A stretch of DNA of 63,543 nucleotides, filler included, from Cercozoa sp. M6MM (taxonomy: Eukaryota; Protista; Endomyxa: Ascetosporea), in the NCBI GenBank assembly GCA_040357565.1. It is 12 parts of 12 records of this genome, joined end to end, with 100 filler letters (N's around TTAATTAATTAA, not from the genome) between each part and the next. Parts side by side here need not be neighbours in the genome. Positions count along the whole stretch, not along the records: positions 6,503 to 23,640 come from JBDODJ010000271.1; positions 23,741 to 29,250 come from JBDODJ010000895.1; 10 more parts are not named here. One strand, written 5' to 3'. Position 1 is the stretch's first letter. Each line of letters opens with the position of its first letter. Shown piece by piece: positions 10,423 to 24,987 of this stretch. The translations under genes and the position numbers were made by a program. The notes under the pieces were generated by a model. It saw nothing but the letters and a program-made list of their open reading frames with translations. It did no database searches and was not told where the DNA came from.

Positions 10423-13400
10423 CTACTCGTGCTTTGTGGCGTCGAGTGCGCCCGTTGCGTGCGCGAGTGGCAGCTACTCGTTCGGCAACACGACGGCATG
10501 CATGCCGTGTGATGCAGGTTACGCATGTCCCTATACAAATGGCACTGGCATCGTGCCTTGTGCGAGCGGCACTTATTGTAAGTTAGTCTGACTTTAGATA
10601 CACTGCTTGTGTGTGTCATCCTATTGAATTGTATGCAGCGGTGGCAGGAGCGACGACGTGCACTGAGTGTCCGGCAGGCAGTGCATGTCCCAGTGTAAGT
10701 GCCGCCTCGATTGTTGCGTGTCCGGCCGGAACCTACTCCGCGGCAGGTGCAGCGGAGTGCAGGTACTGCGTATTTTTACCTGCACACCACCTGTTATATT
10801 CCTACAATTGCATGAAATTTAGCGAGTGCCCTGCTGGCTATCAATGTTCGTCCTCTGCAGTGGGAAGTGCCTGCACACATGGCACCTACCGTGCCACTGG
10901 GTAGTCTACTCTTCTTCGTATGTGTGAATACCTTTGCGTGAGAAGTGAGAATGACCGTGTGCTGTTGTTTCCCAATAGTATGGCGACGAGCAGCTGCGCG
11001 ACGTGTCCTCTGGGTAGCGAGTGCAGCACGAGTACTTTTCCCGAGACGTGCTCACGAGGTCGCTACGCTGACAACTACACGTGTGTGGAATGCACGACTG
11101 GTCACTACTGCCCGACTGATGTAGCACCCCCTTGACAGAATAGACTTTGTGTAGCACTGTACCCACTGGGTGGTGTGCATGCAATAGGACATGGACACGC
11201 CGTTGGAGTGCTCAGCAGGAACATACAGCAGTACTACTGGAAGCACGACGTGTCAGCAGTGCCAGAGCGGTCACATGTGCGACATCGGCAGTGTGTCTGC
11301 CACGGAGAGTGACTGTCCTGCGGGTACCACTGACTGGTGTTTGTTTTGTACCGTACGTGTCTGTGTCTGTGTGTCCTTATGCGTATGAGCGACAGGTGGC
11401 TGGTGTCCCGCTGGCACTGCACTCGGCGCATCTCCTCCGAGTCTTTGTAACAGCCTCTGCTGATTGCTGTTGTTTGATTGCTCGATCTACATTACCGTAT
11501 GAGTGAGTGAATGGTGTGAGACTGTAGGCCCTGCCGGGAAGTACGGCAACACAACCGGCGGCACTGACGAAGAGACAGCGTGCAACTTGTGCCCGAGTGG
11601 TTTTGTCTGTGCGTCGGCAGGCACGGTGACTCCCACGGCCTGCGCCACTGACGGCTACGTTTGTCTTGGTGTGTGCGTGCGTGCGCGTGTGTGTGTGTGT
11701 GTGTGATATGCTATGTGCACAGAGGGATCGGTGTCGTCGTTGCCATGCCCTGCAGGCAAGTACCTCAACGACGGTGTCACTACACAGCGGGTACCCAATT
11801 ACTGTTGCATGTATGGACACTTTAACAATGTGTTTGCAACAGGACTCGTTCACTCGATGCACTGATTGCGTGGCAGGCGAGTATTGTCCTGTACCTTTCT
11901 TCAACTAAATCCAGACGGGCACCGCAATACGGGACGCGTTATTTCTGAGCAGGCCGGCACAGGCACACCCAGTGCGTGCAGTCTGGGTCACTACTGCGAC
12001 AGTGCGGAGCAGGAGACGCCGTGTCCCCCGGGAACCTTTGGCAACGAAACAGGAGTGACTGCATCGTCGGGCTGCTACACATGTCCTGTCGGGCACTACT
12101 GTCCGCAGGGCAGTACCTCTGCCACGCCGTGTCCCGTGCGTTAGCTCTACCGTGTGTGTGTCTCCGGATGTGCACAAATGAGACGTTGCGCAGGTGGGTC
12201 GGTACGGCTCCAACATGGGCGTGAGTGGCGAGGCGCAGTGCCAGCTATGCACGGCAGGCACAGCTTGCGACAGTACGGGACTGATCGCTGCCTCCGCGGC
12301 CTCAGCCTGTGGCAGTGGACACTACTGTCCTCCCGGCACTGTGGTACTCTCATATACACTTTACACTACTCACGTACTGCGGTACTTGTCTATGTTGTCT
12401 GTGGTATAGTCACCGACGCAGTACCCGTGTCCGCCCGGCACGTACTCGTATGGCACCTGTCTCGAAAGCGTTGACCAGTAGGCTGGCACTTCTTTGAAGT
12501 TAATAAACGAGTACTCTGTGCGAGAGAGGTTGTGTATGTGTGCCAGGTGCATGGAATGTCCGGAGAATATGTACTGCGACTGGGGCACTGGTGCCACAGG
12601 GTCGCCACCAATTTACTGTCCAGACGGCTATGAATGTTCAATGGGCACGGCTCCGCACAGTCTGCAACCATGTGCACCCGGCAAGTACCGAGTAACCGTC
12701 GCCGACAGTTCACCTATCAGTATGTCGCTCACCACTGCATAATTCTCTCCCAGGACGAGTGCTTTATCTCTCTTGAACAGACTCGACGGACTCGTGTCCG
12801 AGTGGAGTGCCAACAGCGCCAGCGAACAACAAGACGGCACTGTGGTACACGTGCGATAACTGTCCTGCCGGCAGTGCTGCCGGGGCGTCCGGAACTCCTG
12901 GTACCTCTTTTGTTCTGGTTGCTTGTGATGTGCGTCTGGAAAGTTAAAGTAGCTACATGCTGGGCGGGTCACTACTGCGAGGAAGGCGTGTGGCCACCCA
13001 TTCCTTGTGCTGCTGGCACTTACACGTCACTGACAAATGTAGAACCGTCTCTTTCTTGTAACTTGGTCAACTGAATAGTTCTACGCTGCTTTCAGCTGAC
13101 GCAAGCGAGTGAGTGCGACACGTGTCCAGCCGGTTACTTCTGTCTCGCCGGTGTCGCTGCTCCGGTGGCATGCCCGACCGGCAAGTATCGCTCGACGACG
13201 GTGCCTGCTTTCCTCCACTCTCTCTTGTATTCCTTGCGTGAGTCATCCAGACTTGTGTTTGCCACAGGGTGGCACCAGTGAAAGTAACTGTGTCGATTGT
13301 CCGGCAGGCAAGAAGTGCCCAAGTACAGGTGCGTTACTCGCGGTGCACTGTCTTTGGTATGTATTCGGTGTGAATTTAGGAACGACTACGCCGTCGGTGT

Positions 13401-14497
13401 GCCCTGTCGGGAAGTACGCCGGTGTTGGTGCCTCTACGTGCGTCACATGCGATGCTGTACTATCTTTCCTTTAAGAACATTACGATGTATTGGCCAGCGT
13501 TACTAGTTTTTACTTTACATGTAGGGCACGTACTGCGACAGCACGGGACTGAGTGAGGGCACCAACTGTCCTGCCGGCTATGCGTGTCCTGCAGGAGTCT
13601 CCGTTACTGTCACAGCTGCATATCCGAGCTACCACTGCAGTGCCGGGCACTACTGTACTGCTCTATCTTTGGCTTTTGCGCACATAGGCATCTCTCATTT
13701 CTGTGTGCAGGTGAAGAAGGCACGCCAGAGGAGGTGCCGTGTCCGCCGGGACGCTTCCAGTCAAGCACGAAACAGAGCTCTTGCGACGAGTGCTCGGCTG
13801 GTCGCGCGTGCGCTCAGGTCCTTCGTGTCTGCACAGCTTTCGCTTCTTGTTTGGCATTGTTTTCTACGCGCACAGGGAGCCACGTCGGACGCCACCGTGT
13901 GCCAAATCGGTTATGTCTGTCCTGCGGGGAGTTCTGGGTCTAAGCAGGTATTTTATTTGTGTGATTGCATGGGTGTGCATGTACACGTGTGCATGTGTTC
14001 TTTGGAAGGTGCCATGTCCGGCCGGCAAATACAATCCGAATACAGGACAGAGTGATGCGGCGGCTGACTGCGCAGCATGCTCGGCAGGTACGTATTGTCC
14101 GACTGCATCGTCATCGGAAACGACGTGTCCTCTCGGCAGCTACTGTAGTGCCGCCGCAGCTTCGCCGACGCCATGTCCCAGAGGTATGTTTCTTTCCCGA
14201 CAGTATGCTCTGGAGAAACCAGTGATACACCTAAATAGGACGATATGGCTCGACGACGTCACTGACGGCAGCAAGCGACTGCACAGAGTGCGACATTGGT
14301 TCCTTCTGCGGCAGCGAGGGTCTGACGGCGCCCACTGCTTCGTGCTCTCCTGGCTACTTGGTACAGTACCGCTCGGGTTGTGTTTGTTGATAGATAGAAA
14401 GTGATTTGCTGCCAGTGTCTGGGTGGAGATACGACAGGTCAGCCAAGTGGCTCGGTGTGCCCGGCAGGTGGCTACTGCACTGCTGGTACAATTGTGT

Positions 14498-14552
<55 letters not shown>

Positions 14553-16670
14553 ACAGTGTACAGTGTAACTTACTCTTAATCGCCTGCGGTAACTGTAGGT
14601 GCGACTGCGGTGACACCATGTGCTGCTGGTACGACCTCATACGACTTCATGTGCAGCAATAAAAAGTAGCTTTTGCTTGTGCAGGCACTTTTAACGAGTA
14701 CGAAGGCGGCACAAGTCAGAGTGATTGCGTGCAGGTAATTTCTACCTTTCTTTAAAGGCATGATGCCTTTGCGCAATGGCACGTGTGACGTGTGAGAGCA
14801 GTGTCCCCCAGGCACTTACTGCAGCGGAGCCACTGCGGCACCTTCGGTACTCTCGCGTGCTGCCAGTTGTCTTTTTTGGGGGTGTATCCGGAGCTACCAT
14901 GCGTGGTGCAGGGAAACTGCGAAGCCGGTTACTACTGCGACGGTGGTGCTACGGATGCGCGGCAGCATCAGGCTCCTGTAAGTTTAATTACCCAGATATA
15001 TTTTCTCCTTTGGTGCTTTCACAAGCTTTTGGATGTCTGCAGATCGGCTACTACACGGAGACTGGCGATTCGGCCCCTCGGCCGTGTCCTGCTGGACGGT
15101 AGATTTGATGCTTAGTAATTGAGTAGGCGTTAGCTTGTTGCCTTGACAGCTACCAGTCGGCGGCAGCGCAGACGTCGTGCGACGCGTGCCCTGCCGGCAC
15201 GTACTGCGCCGACCAAGCCATGGTACCTAAACTTAGAAGTTTGTTTTTCTTTTTTTGTATAGTTTCTCTTGGGTGTATCCAGGGTGCGGTGGGCTCGAGT
15301 GACCCAGTGGTGTGTCCGACGGGATCTTACTGCCCAGAAGGCAGTAGTGTGCCTCTCGCCTGCGCACCAGGTCGCTACGGTTCCTCGGTATGCTCGATTT
15401 TTCCATGTGTCCACTGCGACATCGATGGTTGCAAGGGTAGACTGGTCTGACTGCGGCATCGGAGTGCAGCGAGTGCCTGGCGGGACACTTCTGCAGTGGT
15501 TCTGGCAACACGTATCAGCTTTGCACATGCAGATACTGACTTTTACGGGGATGTGTGTACGTGTGTTGTAGCAACGTGACGGGCGAGTGCGACGCAGGTT
15601 TCTGGTGCAGCAATGCATCGACCACTGCGACACCAGGTACTAAACCCTCTCTCCAGCTCTTACCAAATGCTATGTCGGCCTTAAGCAGGGACCGCGGACA
15701 GCTTCGGAGGTCCGTGTCCGGCAGGTACACAGCGTCAAAATGTATGCTGTGAGAGCACGAGGGCACGTGGATGTGGTGCTATGACAGGACACTACTGCCC
15801 GGCGGGGACGCAGACTGCAACGCAGTACCCGTGTCCGGCAGGTACGCTGCGGATCGACACCGGCGGAGAGGTATGACTTGTGTAGCTGTTTAAAAACTGG
15901 TGGAATCTGGAGGGTGTGATTTCGTACAGAGCGTGTCGGACTGTGCGAGTTCGCCTGCCGGTCGATACTCTGCCTCTGCTGGCACGGTACACTCTCTGCC
16001 TGTGTGTGTAAGTTGTGTGTGTAAGTTTAGTCGTAATTCAACACCGCATGTAGGCAACATCAGCGCTGCCGGAGTGCAGTGAGGGCTATTTTTGTCCTGT
16101 TGGTAGCACGACTGGCACTGCACAGCTCTGCGCTGCCGGTACTGCGTGTGCGCAGGGTGTTTCTGCAATCACGGTACCGCACGCGTACTTTTAGTGCCGA
16201 TGATACCTTTGAACTGATGTAAGTGTGATATAGACGTGCCCTCCAGGCACGATGAGTGCCGCAGGAGCCGGCAGCTGCGACGCATGTAGCGCAGGCTACT
16301 CATGCGGACTCGGAACGTCCTCTGCAGGTACTCAATATATGTCAAGCACTGCGTGTAACACACACACACACACACACATACACACACACACACGCGCGCG
16401 CACACACTCTACATGGTCAGCACCAACACCGTGTCCGGTGCGACACTACTGTCCTGAGGGAACTGAACTCGGCGCAGAGATTTTATGTCCGTACGGAAGG
16501 TATGTTGTAGTCAACCTGTCTGTACAGAATCTAGGAATAAAATCATGATGTGATGATGCGTGTAATAGATACCAAAATACGACTCACGCGAGCGAGTGTA
16601 GCGAGTGTCCGGCCGGGCAGTACTGCGCAGCTTTGGGTGCATAGGCTTGATGTGTGTATGTGTGTGGGGC

Positions 16671-16720
<50 letters not shown>

Positions 16721-16730
16721 NNNNNNNNNN

Positions 16731-16779
<49 letters not shown>

Positions 16780-19700
16780 AGGATTGCTGGAACCGAGTGG
16801 CGACTGTGAAGCGGGATACTATTGTCCAGTGGGCAGCACGACAGCGCGCGGTGGCGATTCGACGCAGAACGTGACAGAGCGTGTGTGCACAGTGGGCCAC
16901 TACTGTCCTGCGGCCTCGACGACTCCAACAGCGTGTCCTGCCGGTCGCTACCGAGCGACGGTGGGTGCCAACTCACTGGCTGAGTGCGCAACGTGCGACG
17001 CAGGACAGGTATACCTGTGCCCAAACACTTGGGCTTTGTGTTGAGAGGCACTGTGTATGGGTTGTGTTGTGGCAGTACTGTGCGACATCGGGACTGAGTG
17101 CGCCAACGGGAGCCTGCATGGCAGGCTATGCTTGCTATGCCGGTGCCACCACGGCGACACCTGTCGATGGATTGACGTACCTGGTGTTCCGTCAAGCATA
17201 TGTTTGAGTAGTGAGTTTGTGCGCGCAGAGGAGACAGGTGCACAGCCGGTACCTACTGCATGGCAGGGTCGGCAGCAGCGGTGCCATGTCCCATTGGCAA
17301 CTACTCGGGAGTCGACGGTGCGCTGTGTTGGACTGTTTCCTTGCAGCCTTGTAACCTCACTTTCTTGTCTGTTGCTGTGTGCAGGGTCGTCGGAGTGTGG
17401 CGCATGTCCAGCAGGTTACTACTGCGACAACGTGGGCACCTCGGTTCCCACCGACTGCGGCAATGGATACTACTGTATTCATGTACTTTTGTGCCCTTGC
17501 GTGTGTTTGTGTACTGGATGAATGTAGGCGAGGAGGGTGCACGAGCGCCAGTGGCCTGCCCTGTCGGTCGCTTTGGCGCAAGTGCTAACGCCGTGTCATT
17601 GAGCGAGTGTGCTACGTGCACTGCCGGACAGGTAGGAAACCCGCAGCACAGACGCTTTGTACGCATGCAAGCTTATGTCTTGTTAGGCGTGCACGGAAGC
17701 AGCACTGTCTGCGCCGGATGCGACGTGCTCGGCGGGCTACTACTGCGCTGGAGGTACCCGTATCACTCCTTTCCTCTCATGCATGCTGCATACGGCGTGC
17801 GTGGTATCAGGAGACACGTCGGCAGCGCCCACGACAGCGATGTGCCCAGCAGGCAGCTACTGTCCTGTGGGTAGCAGTGCGCCCACTCAGTGCCCACCAG
17901 GCGAGGTCAATCTTCCGTGTGCTTGTGTTCACAAAGAATGTGAGATGTAGTTTGTGTGTTACAGGCTTGTGGGACGGCAGGCTTAGAAGCGCCCAGCAGC
18001 AACTGTACGGCAGGCTACTACTGTCCCGCTGGGTCAACGTCGGCCACGCAGGTACAGTGTCCGGCCGGACACTACTGCAGCACAGGCAGCGACTCTCCCA
18101 CCGCGTGTCCCATCGGCAAGTATGCCGCTGCGGCAGGCGGCTCGTCGCCGTCGCACTGCGAGGACTGTGCGCCACGTTACCTGTGCTCAAGCACAGGCAT
18201 TGATGCACTAAACTCGAGCTTTCTGTGTCCCAGCGGGTCCTATTGTCCTGGTGGAGGTACTATGTTTAGTTCCCCCATAGTTGATTTTTGATGCAGAAGT
18301 TTGTGTGTATGTGTCTGTGTGCGGGCAGGCAGTGGACCTGTCACGTGCCTGGTCGGTCACTACTGCGACACAGGCAGCGCTGCAGGCACGCCGTGTGACA
18401 CGGGCAGCTACCAGGCCAGCACAGGGCAGGCAACGTGCACGACGTGCCCCGTTGGTATCTCTCCATATATGCTAGTTGTGCTCTGAGTCCGTGATGCGGA
18501 AGTTTGTTTTTGTGGATTAGGATACTACTGTCCCTCATTGGCAATGACGGCACCAACGCCGTGTCCCGCCGGCAGTGTCTGCGAATACACTGGGCTGATT
18601 TCTTACTCGGCGCGTTGTGCTCCAGGTACACGTGTGTGTTTATTACCTATGTAGGATGTGTCTATATGTTGGAGTTGCGTAGGCACCTACTTGGGAAGCA
18701 CGGGTGCTAGCAACACGAGTGAGTGTATAACATGTCCTGCTGGACGGTATTGTGATGTGCCTGGAGCCACTGCACCCACCGGTAGGGAGATGCGCTTTAG
18801 TGTTTAATGGGGTTAATTGACTGTGAGCGCGCGCGCGTGTGTGTGTGTGCATGTGTGTGTGTGTGCATGTGTGTGTGTGCATGTGTGTGTGTGTACATGT
18901 GCATGTGTAGGCGACTGCAGCGGTGGCTACGTGTGCCTGACGGGAGCTTCGTCACCGACGCCGAGTGACGGCATCACGTACCGTCACTCGCTCTCTCACT
19001 CAATAGAATGGGTGACATTCTTACACGCTCTCTTAGGGGACGGCGCTGTGCGGCACCGTACTACTGTCCCAGCGGCAGTGTGACGGAGAGTGTCTGCGCC
19101 CCCGGTCGGTACGCACCGGGCGACGGCAGCGCCAATGCGACGCAGTGTGTGCCGTGTCCGCCGGGACAGTACTGCAATGCTGCTGTGGCAATGGCAGGCG
19201 AGGTGACGCTGCCTTGCGACCCCGGCTACGAGTGCTCACTTGGAGCATCGGATGCGACACCGTTTGATCAGCTGTGTCCGCGCGGACACCGGTACTTCCT
19301 AGTTTGAATTCATCACTGCTAGCTTGAGGGGTTTGTGGGAGGTGGTGTTTGTGTTTGTAGCTGTCCGTCGAGCGGAACAGTGTCAGCAGACCCGTGTCCT
19401 GCAGGCTCATACCAGAACGAGACGGGTGCCACGACGTGCACGACGTGTCCTGCTGGAGCCTACTGTCCCGACACGGCCACGCGAATGCCGAGTGTCTGTC
19501 CACAGGTACGACCACTCCTTAATCTGTCTGTGTCTATTGTTTACAATGTATGTGTGGAACTGTTGTCTGCCGGGCAGGGACACTACTGTCCGGCAGGTAG
19601 TGTGTCCTCGACGCCGTGTGAGGTGGGCAGCTATGGCAGCAGTGTGGCCCTCGTCAATGCCACGCAGTGCACGGCGTGTCCAGCCTCCTACTGGTAGGTC

Positions 19701-19847
19701 ACGCTCTGTACAGATCTCGGCCGTGGCACGGCGTGGTATCTATGTGTGTCACAGGTGTGAGGGAGGTCAACCTTCACCCAGTGGCAACTGCAGCGAGGGT
19801 TATTACTGTCCAGGTATGGTTACTGTGAGACGCGCGGAGTGTACTCG

Positions 19848-19895
<48 letters not shown>

Positions 19896-19905
19896 NNNNN
19901 NNNNN

Positions 19906-19953
<48 letters not shown>

Positions 19954-21253
19954 TACAGGAGGCAGTGCAAATTCGACGGACGTTATCTGTCCCGTTGGCC
20001 ACTACTGTCCAGAGGTAGAACTACCAGTTTAACAAAATCATGGCATGTGAATGCGGTGTGAATGTGAATGTAAGTTTGTGTGTCACAGGGAAGTGCAACA
20101 GCGCTGGCCTGTCCAGCAGGCACCTACAGCGACAGCAAAGGTCTCGGTGCAGTGTCCCAGTGCCAGCCTTGCGCAGGCGGGCGTGCCTGTACGACGACTG
20201 CACTGAGGTATTGCTCTTGTGATTTGAGTTGTTGTGTATGTGTGGGTGCATTTCGGTAGTGCGCCTGATGCCGTGTGCATTGCTGGCACGTACTGTCCGA
20301 GTGATATGGCAGTGGCCTCGCCGTCTGGTAGCAGCAGTCTTCTAATTCCCGCTGATCTCCAAGCACGTGTGTATTTGTGCAGGTGGTCTGCCATGTCCCG
20401 AGGGACACTACTGCACGAACGGTAGCACGACACCGATGCCGTGTCCTGAAGGCACGTACCAGCCAGGCAACATGTCGAGCTCGTGCGCCACGTGTCCGAC
20501 TGGATACTACGTACGCTTGCTGCACAGCAGGTGTGTGGAACGATGTGTGCTTCTTTGTTGTGCAGTGTCCCGCCGGTGCTTCGGTACCTTTGACATGCCC
20601 CACGCGGTCCTACTGTCCCGGAGGCTCTGGCACACCGACTTTATGTCCCGATGGGTACCTTCTTTTCTGTTTTCAAGTGTATGAGTGTACAATAGGCACG
20701 ATGTATACCGTATTTGTGTATACCCAGCTCGTACAATGACGCTCTGACGCAGCTAAGTGACCCGACCAACTGCACCCTGTGTCCAGCCGGACAGTATTGC
20801 AGCGGCGGTGTCGTGCAGGGTACAGGACTGTGTGCACATGCCCATCTGCGCCTGTGTTTTATGTGTTGTGTGTTGTTGTTGTTTGAGACAGGCCCTTGTG
20901 TTGCCGGATTCCTCTGTCTTTCTGGTAGCTTTATCATTCTCTTTCTGAGGAGAGAAAAGAGAAAGTGTTTGCATTGAGACTGGAGTGTTAACCTATGCAA
21001 ATGCATCAGGTGCGCCTGTGCCTAACCCGGACGGCTCGTTGCCTTCGCTGGGCGATGCTATCTTTGACTCGCAGTCTGACTGGTGCCTTCCCGTGTCTCT
21101 GACCAACTATTGCTCTATGTGACCACAATAGGCAATTGACGCCACTGTTTGGACCCTGTCCGCGCGGAGGTTACTGTCTGGAGGGTGCCACCAACATCAC
21201 CGTGTGCACCAATAATACGGTTGGCGAGGAGATCGGTATCCACCCTGTGTCGG

Positions 21254-21313
<60 letters not shown>

Positions 21314-21414
21314 CNNNNNNNNNNNNNNNNNNNNNNNNNNNNNNNNNNNNNNNNNNNNNNNNNNNNNNNNNNNNNNNNNNNNNNNNNNNNNNNNNNNNNN
21401 NNNNNNNNNNNNNN

Positions 21415-21459
<45 letters not shown>

Positions 21460-21792
21460 GATGTCTGCTTGATCCCCGACCAGGTGCGACCAACAGTAGT
21501 GCGTGCACGCCGTGTCCTGCCGGTCGCGTCTGCACTCCGGTACACAGGGATCAACGGTGCTCTGTATTATGGGAGGTCTGTGATGATGTGCACACAGGGC
21601 TCCTCGGTGTCGCTGCCGTGTCCGCTGGGACACTACTGTCTGCAGCAGCAGGACCCAGCCCCGTGTCCGCGTGGGAGATTCGCCGACTTCACCGGCGCTG
21701 CTGATGTCTCGGACTGCCTGGCGTGCACTGCGGGTTTCATGTGTGCTTCCGAGGGCACTCAAAATGCGACGGCTTTTCCGTGTCCTGCAGGT

Positions 21793-21860
<68 letters not shown>

Positions 21861-21960
21861 NNNNNNNNNNNNNNNNNNNNNNNNNNNNNNNNNNNNNNNN
21901 NNNNNNNNNNNNNNNNNNNNNNNNNNNNNNNNNNNNNNNNNNNNNNNNNNNNNNNNNNNN

Positions 21961-22031
<71 letters not shown>

Positions 22032-23640
22032 CCCCTCCTACTTTATTCTCTTGGGTTTCTCTTGTTGCCAAACCTCGTCTGTGTGTGCATGATTGGGTGC
22101 AGGACACTATTGCGTCGAAGGCTCTGAGGTGCGCTGTCCAATTGAATTGGAGCATGACAATGTGTTGTATCAGAGTGGATTTGATGTGATTGTAGGAGGG
22201 ACAAGCCTGTCCACCGGGTCGTTTCCGCGCGGAAGTGCAAGGAACTCATGAGCCCGACTGCGCCGCGTGTCGGCCGGGACACTATTGCGCACAGAATGGT
22301 ACTTGCAATGTCCGTGTGTACGGAGAGAACATTGTGTGATTATGAAATCTGCTGAACAAAGGCACAACGACACCAGTGCCTTGCACGACGGGCACGTACT
22401 GTCCTAGAAATGCCACTCAGGCACTCGTGTGTCCCCCGGGTACTTTCATCCAATACACCGTCGAAGCCAGTGTAATGAGGAAGGGTGGTTTCTGGGAGGT
22501 GTGCTTTGACGTAGGCTACTGGTGCGAAGGAGAGACGGTGACGCCAATGGTGTGCCCGGCAGGCTACACGTGCGCCGAGGCAACGCTAGCACCGGCACCC
22601 TGCAATGCTAGCGGCACCTTTTGTCCCAATGGCAGTGTCACTGTCACGTACTGTCCTGCCGGCACTCACGCTGCCCCGCTTCCTAGTTATGGTATGACGC
22701 AGTACAACGACTCTGCTACCTAGTGTAAATACATTGGTATATGCAGGCGTGTACACGAGTCAAGCAGACGCATGCATCGACTGTCCAGTCGGCAGGTACA
22801 CGAGCACACACAACGATACCGCTATGACGGCGTGTCTGCCTTGCGAAGCTGGCTACCTGTGCACTGGTAGGCTGTGTTTCTATTCGTGTTTATGTGATGA
22901 GAATCAAGGAATCTGTGCTGACAGGCACATCCCCGAGTGCAACGCCGACAGCTGTGGGTGGCACGGCGTGTCCGCGCGGGCGCTACTGTGTGCACGGCGC
23001 CACTCAAGCCACGCCGTGTCCTGTGGGCACCTATGCCGACACAGAGGGAGGCACATCGTCGGAACACTGCGAGACGTGTCCGGTCGGCACGTTTAGTACG
23101 TCGACAGGTGCTTATGCGTGTCTGTCCTGCGGTGCTTCCGCCACGTCCACTGAGGTAGCAACAGTTGCACGTGTGTCTGTGTGTGTGCTTGTGTGTGTGC
23201 TTGTGTGTGTGTGCGTGTGTGTGTGCATGTGCTAGTGTGTGTGTGTGTGTGTGTGCGTGTTGATATGTGCACGCAAGTAGGATCGGCAGGACTGTCACTG
23301 TCTTGGCAAGAATCGCGTCTTTCAACACAGCGATCGCAAGTGGTAAGCCACACTGCCTCGGAAGGTTTGTGCTTACCCATGTGCATGTGTACGGATGTTG
23401 ACGCAGTGTGTGTGCGCCGGGATTCGTTTTCCGCGACGAGAGTGGCACACTGCGAGGCGAAGAGGACGGTGCGGAGGACTGCCAGGTACCTTCTCTTCGT
23501 AATAAGAGTTGTGGATATGCGGTGTGTATGTGGTGCGTGTGCATATGTGTGATTGTGATGCGAACAGCGACGAGTGCTGTCGCGTTGCGGTAGTAGGTGT
23601 CCAGCGTCTCACGACAGGTGCTCAACGACGAAGCGCTGTG
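7368..23640 (+). CDS. Giant secreted/surface cysteine-rich repeat protein (GCC2/GCC3, ephrin-receptor-like CPxGxYC repeats); roughly 100 short introns (estimated, not counted); 3' truncated
   Basis: Signal peptide MYASWPPGSGCLVLVLVLLLRPSHA, then continuous CxxCPAGxYC / CxAGYYCxxG repeats across 16 kb; all junctions I checked are in-frame GT-AG. Ends with DCHCLGKNRVFQHSDRKCVCAPGFVFRDE...DCQRRVLSRC. Confidence 0.92.
10272..10339 (+). other. Isolated Pumilio (Puf) repeat exon lying inside an intron of the cysteine-repeat gene
   Basis: AG|..DLVENQYGNYLIQHVLDVAPDQI|GT matches the Puf repeat consensus (L..xQYGNYVIQH). It is flanked by (GT)n on both sides and lies next to an N gap. Confidence 0.8.
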
Positions 23641-23740
23641 NNNNNNNNNNNNNNNNNNNNNNNNNNNNNNNNNNNNNNNNNNNNTTAATTAATTAANNNN
23701 NNNNNNNNNNNNNNNNNNNNNNNNNNNNNNNNNNNNNNNN
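23641..23740. other. Artificial scaffold spacer
   Basis: 44N-TTAATTAATTAA-44N. Confidence 0.99.
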
Positions 23741-24518
23741 ACCCCCTATTTATATCCCTTGCGGACAGGACAAGGAGTACGACGCCGATGCTGCCGATCT
23801 CGAGGAGGATGATCAGCGGTATCTGTTCTCCTTGCCTCCTTTAACTTCCTTGATCCATGTTTGTTTTGGACAGTGTCTCGGCACAGAAATGGACATCAAC
23901 AGCCGATCAGTTGTGGACTGGTAGCTGTGATTTACACCCCCCCACATTACTCCAATACCATCCCCCTATCCCAGAGAGGTACCTGCGGAATCGCCGACTG
24001 CCGGTGTCGCTGCGTGAACTGCTGGAGAAACTGCCGCCGCCGCCGCTTGTGCAGGTAGTTTCGTTTACCCCCTCCCCCCCGCCCTGACCCCCTGTTACGC
24101 GGTGTCATCTAGGGCGATCGCGTGCACCCGGGCAGACTGATGCAGGCGCTCTTGAGTATGCGTTCCTCTTTGCCCTTTTACCCTTTTTCCTTTTGACCCC
24201 ACTTTGACCCTCCCGCGATTTTCTGGATCCGTGTTGTCTATATTGACAGACGCCGACCTGTCGCGCTTGGCGTCGCTCGTCAGCACGCGCAGCAAGCGCG
24301 CTCGTGCCACCGCCGAACTCTCCGAAAGCGACGAGAGCGACAGCGACTCCGACGAGAACGAGGAGGGTAGGACTCTCCTCTGTTATTTAGACCCCCCCCC
24401 CCGTGTTTGCTGAATCGGTTGTTTCGCTGGATCTGCGTGTGCAGGCGATCTCTTCCGCGAACGACACGAGCAGCGCAAGCAGCGACGACTTGCCACGGCC
24501 AAGGACGTTGCCTACTGA
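23741..24518 (+). CDS. 3' part of a multi-exon gene of unknown function with an acidic C-terminal tract
   Basis: Exons such as DKEYDADAADLEEDD, YLRNRRLPVSLRELLEKLPPPP and LSESDESDSDSDENEEG|DLFRERHEQRKQRRLATAKDVAY*. Confidence 0.55.
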
Positions 24519-24987
24519 ACCTTGGTTTCATGCACGCGACTGTCGAGTTGCTTTCGATGTTCGTTTTAATTTGGATTCGATCAAATCACCGCCGCGCATG
24601 GTAAGATGCGAAGATGCGGTGCGGTGCCAGTTAAGTGCGATGGCTAGGCCGCGCGGCGCGGTAGCATAAGTTAGCCCGGACACTTTGAATTCAGTGGTCG
24701 GAGCGCAGTTGGTTTACGTACACGACACCCACTCGACTAACGTAACGTACTTAGGTTTTTCCTTGTACNNNNNNNNNNNNNNNNNNNNNNNNNNNNNNNN
24801 NNNNNNNNNNNNNNNNNNNNNNNNNNNNNNNNNNNNNNNNNNNNNNNNNNNNNNNNNNNNNNNNNNNNCCCCCCCCACCCCAACCCCCCACCCCCCCCCC
24901 CCCTCACACCCCCCCTCCTTTTTCCTCCTTTGGCCCGGGGGGGGGGGGGGGGGGGGGGTACTAGTTAGTACTAGTCTCAATTCTCAG

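Noticed and set aside
7511-23500. Introner-like mobile introns or nucleosome-length periodicity of introns
   Set aside because: The introns share no sequence or terminal repeats, and donor-to-donor spacing varies about 95-225 bp where measured.
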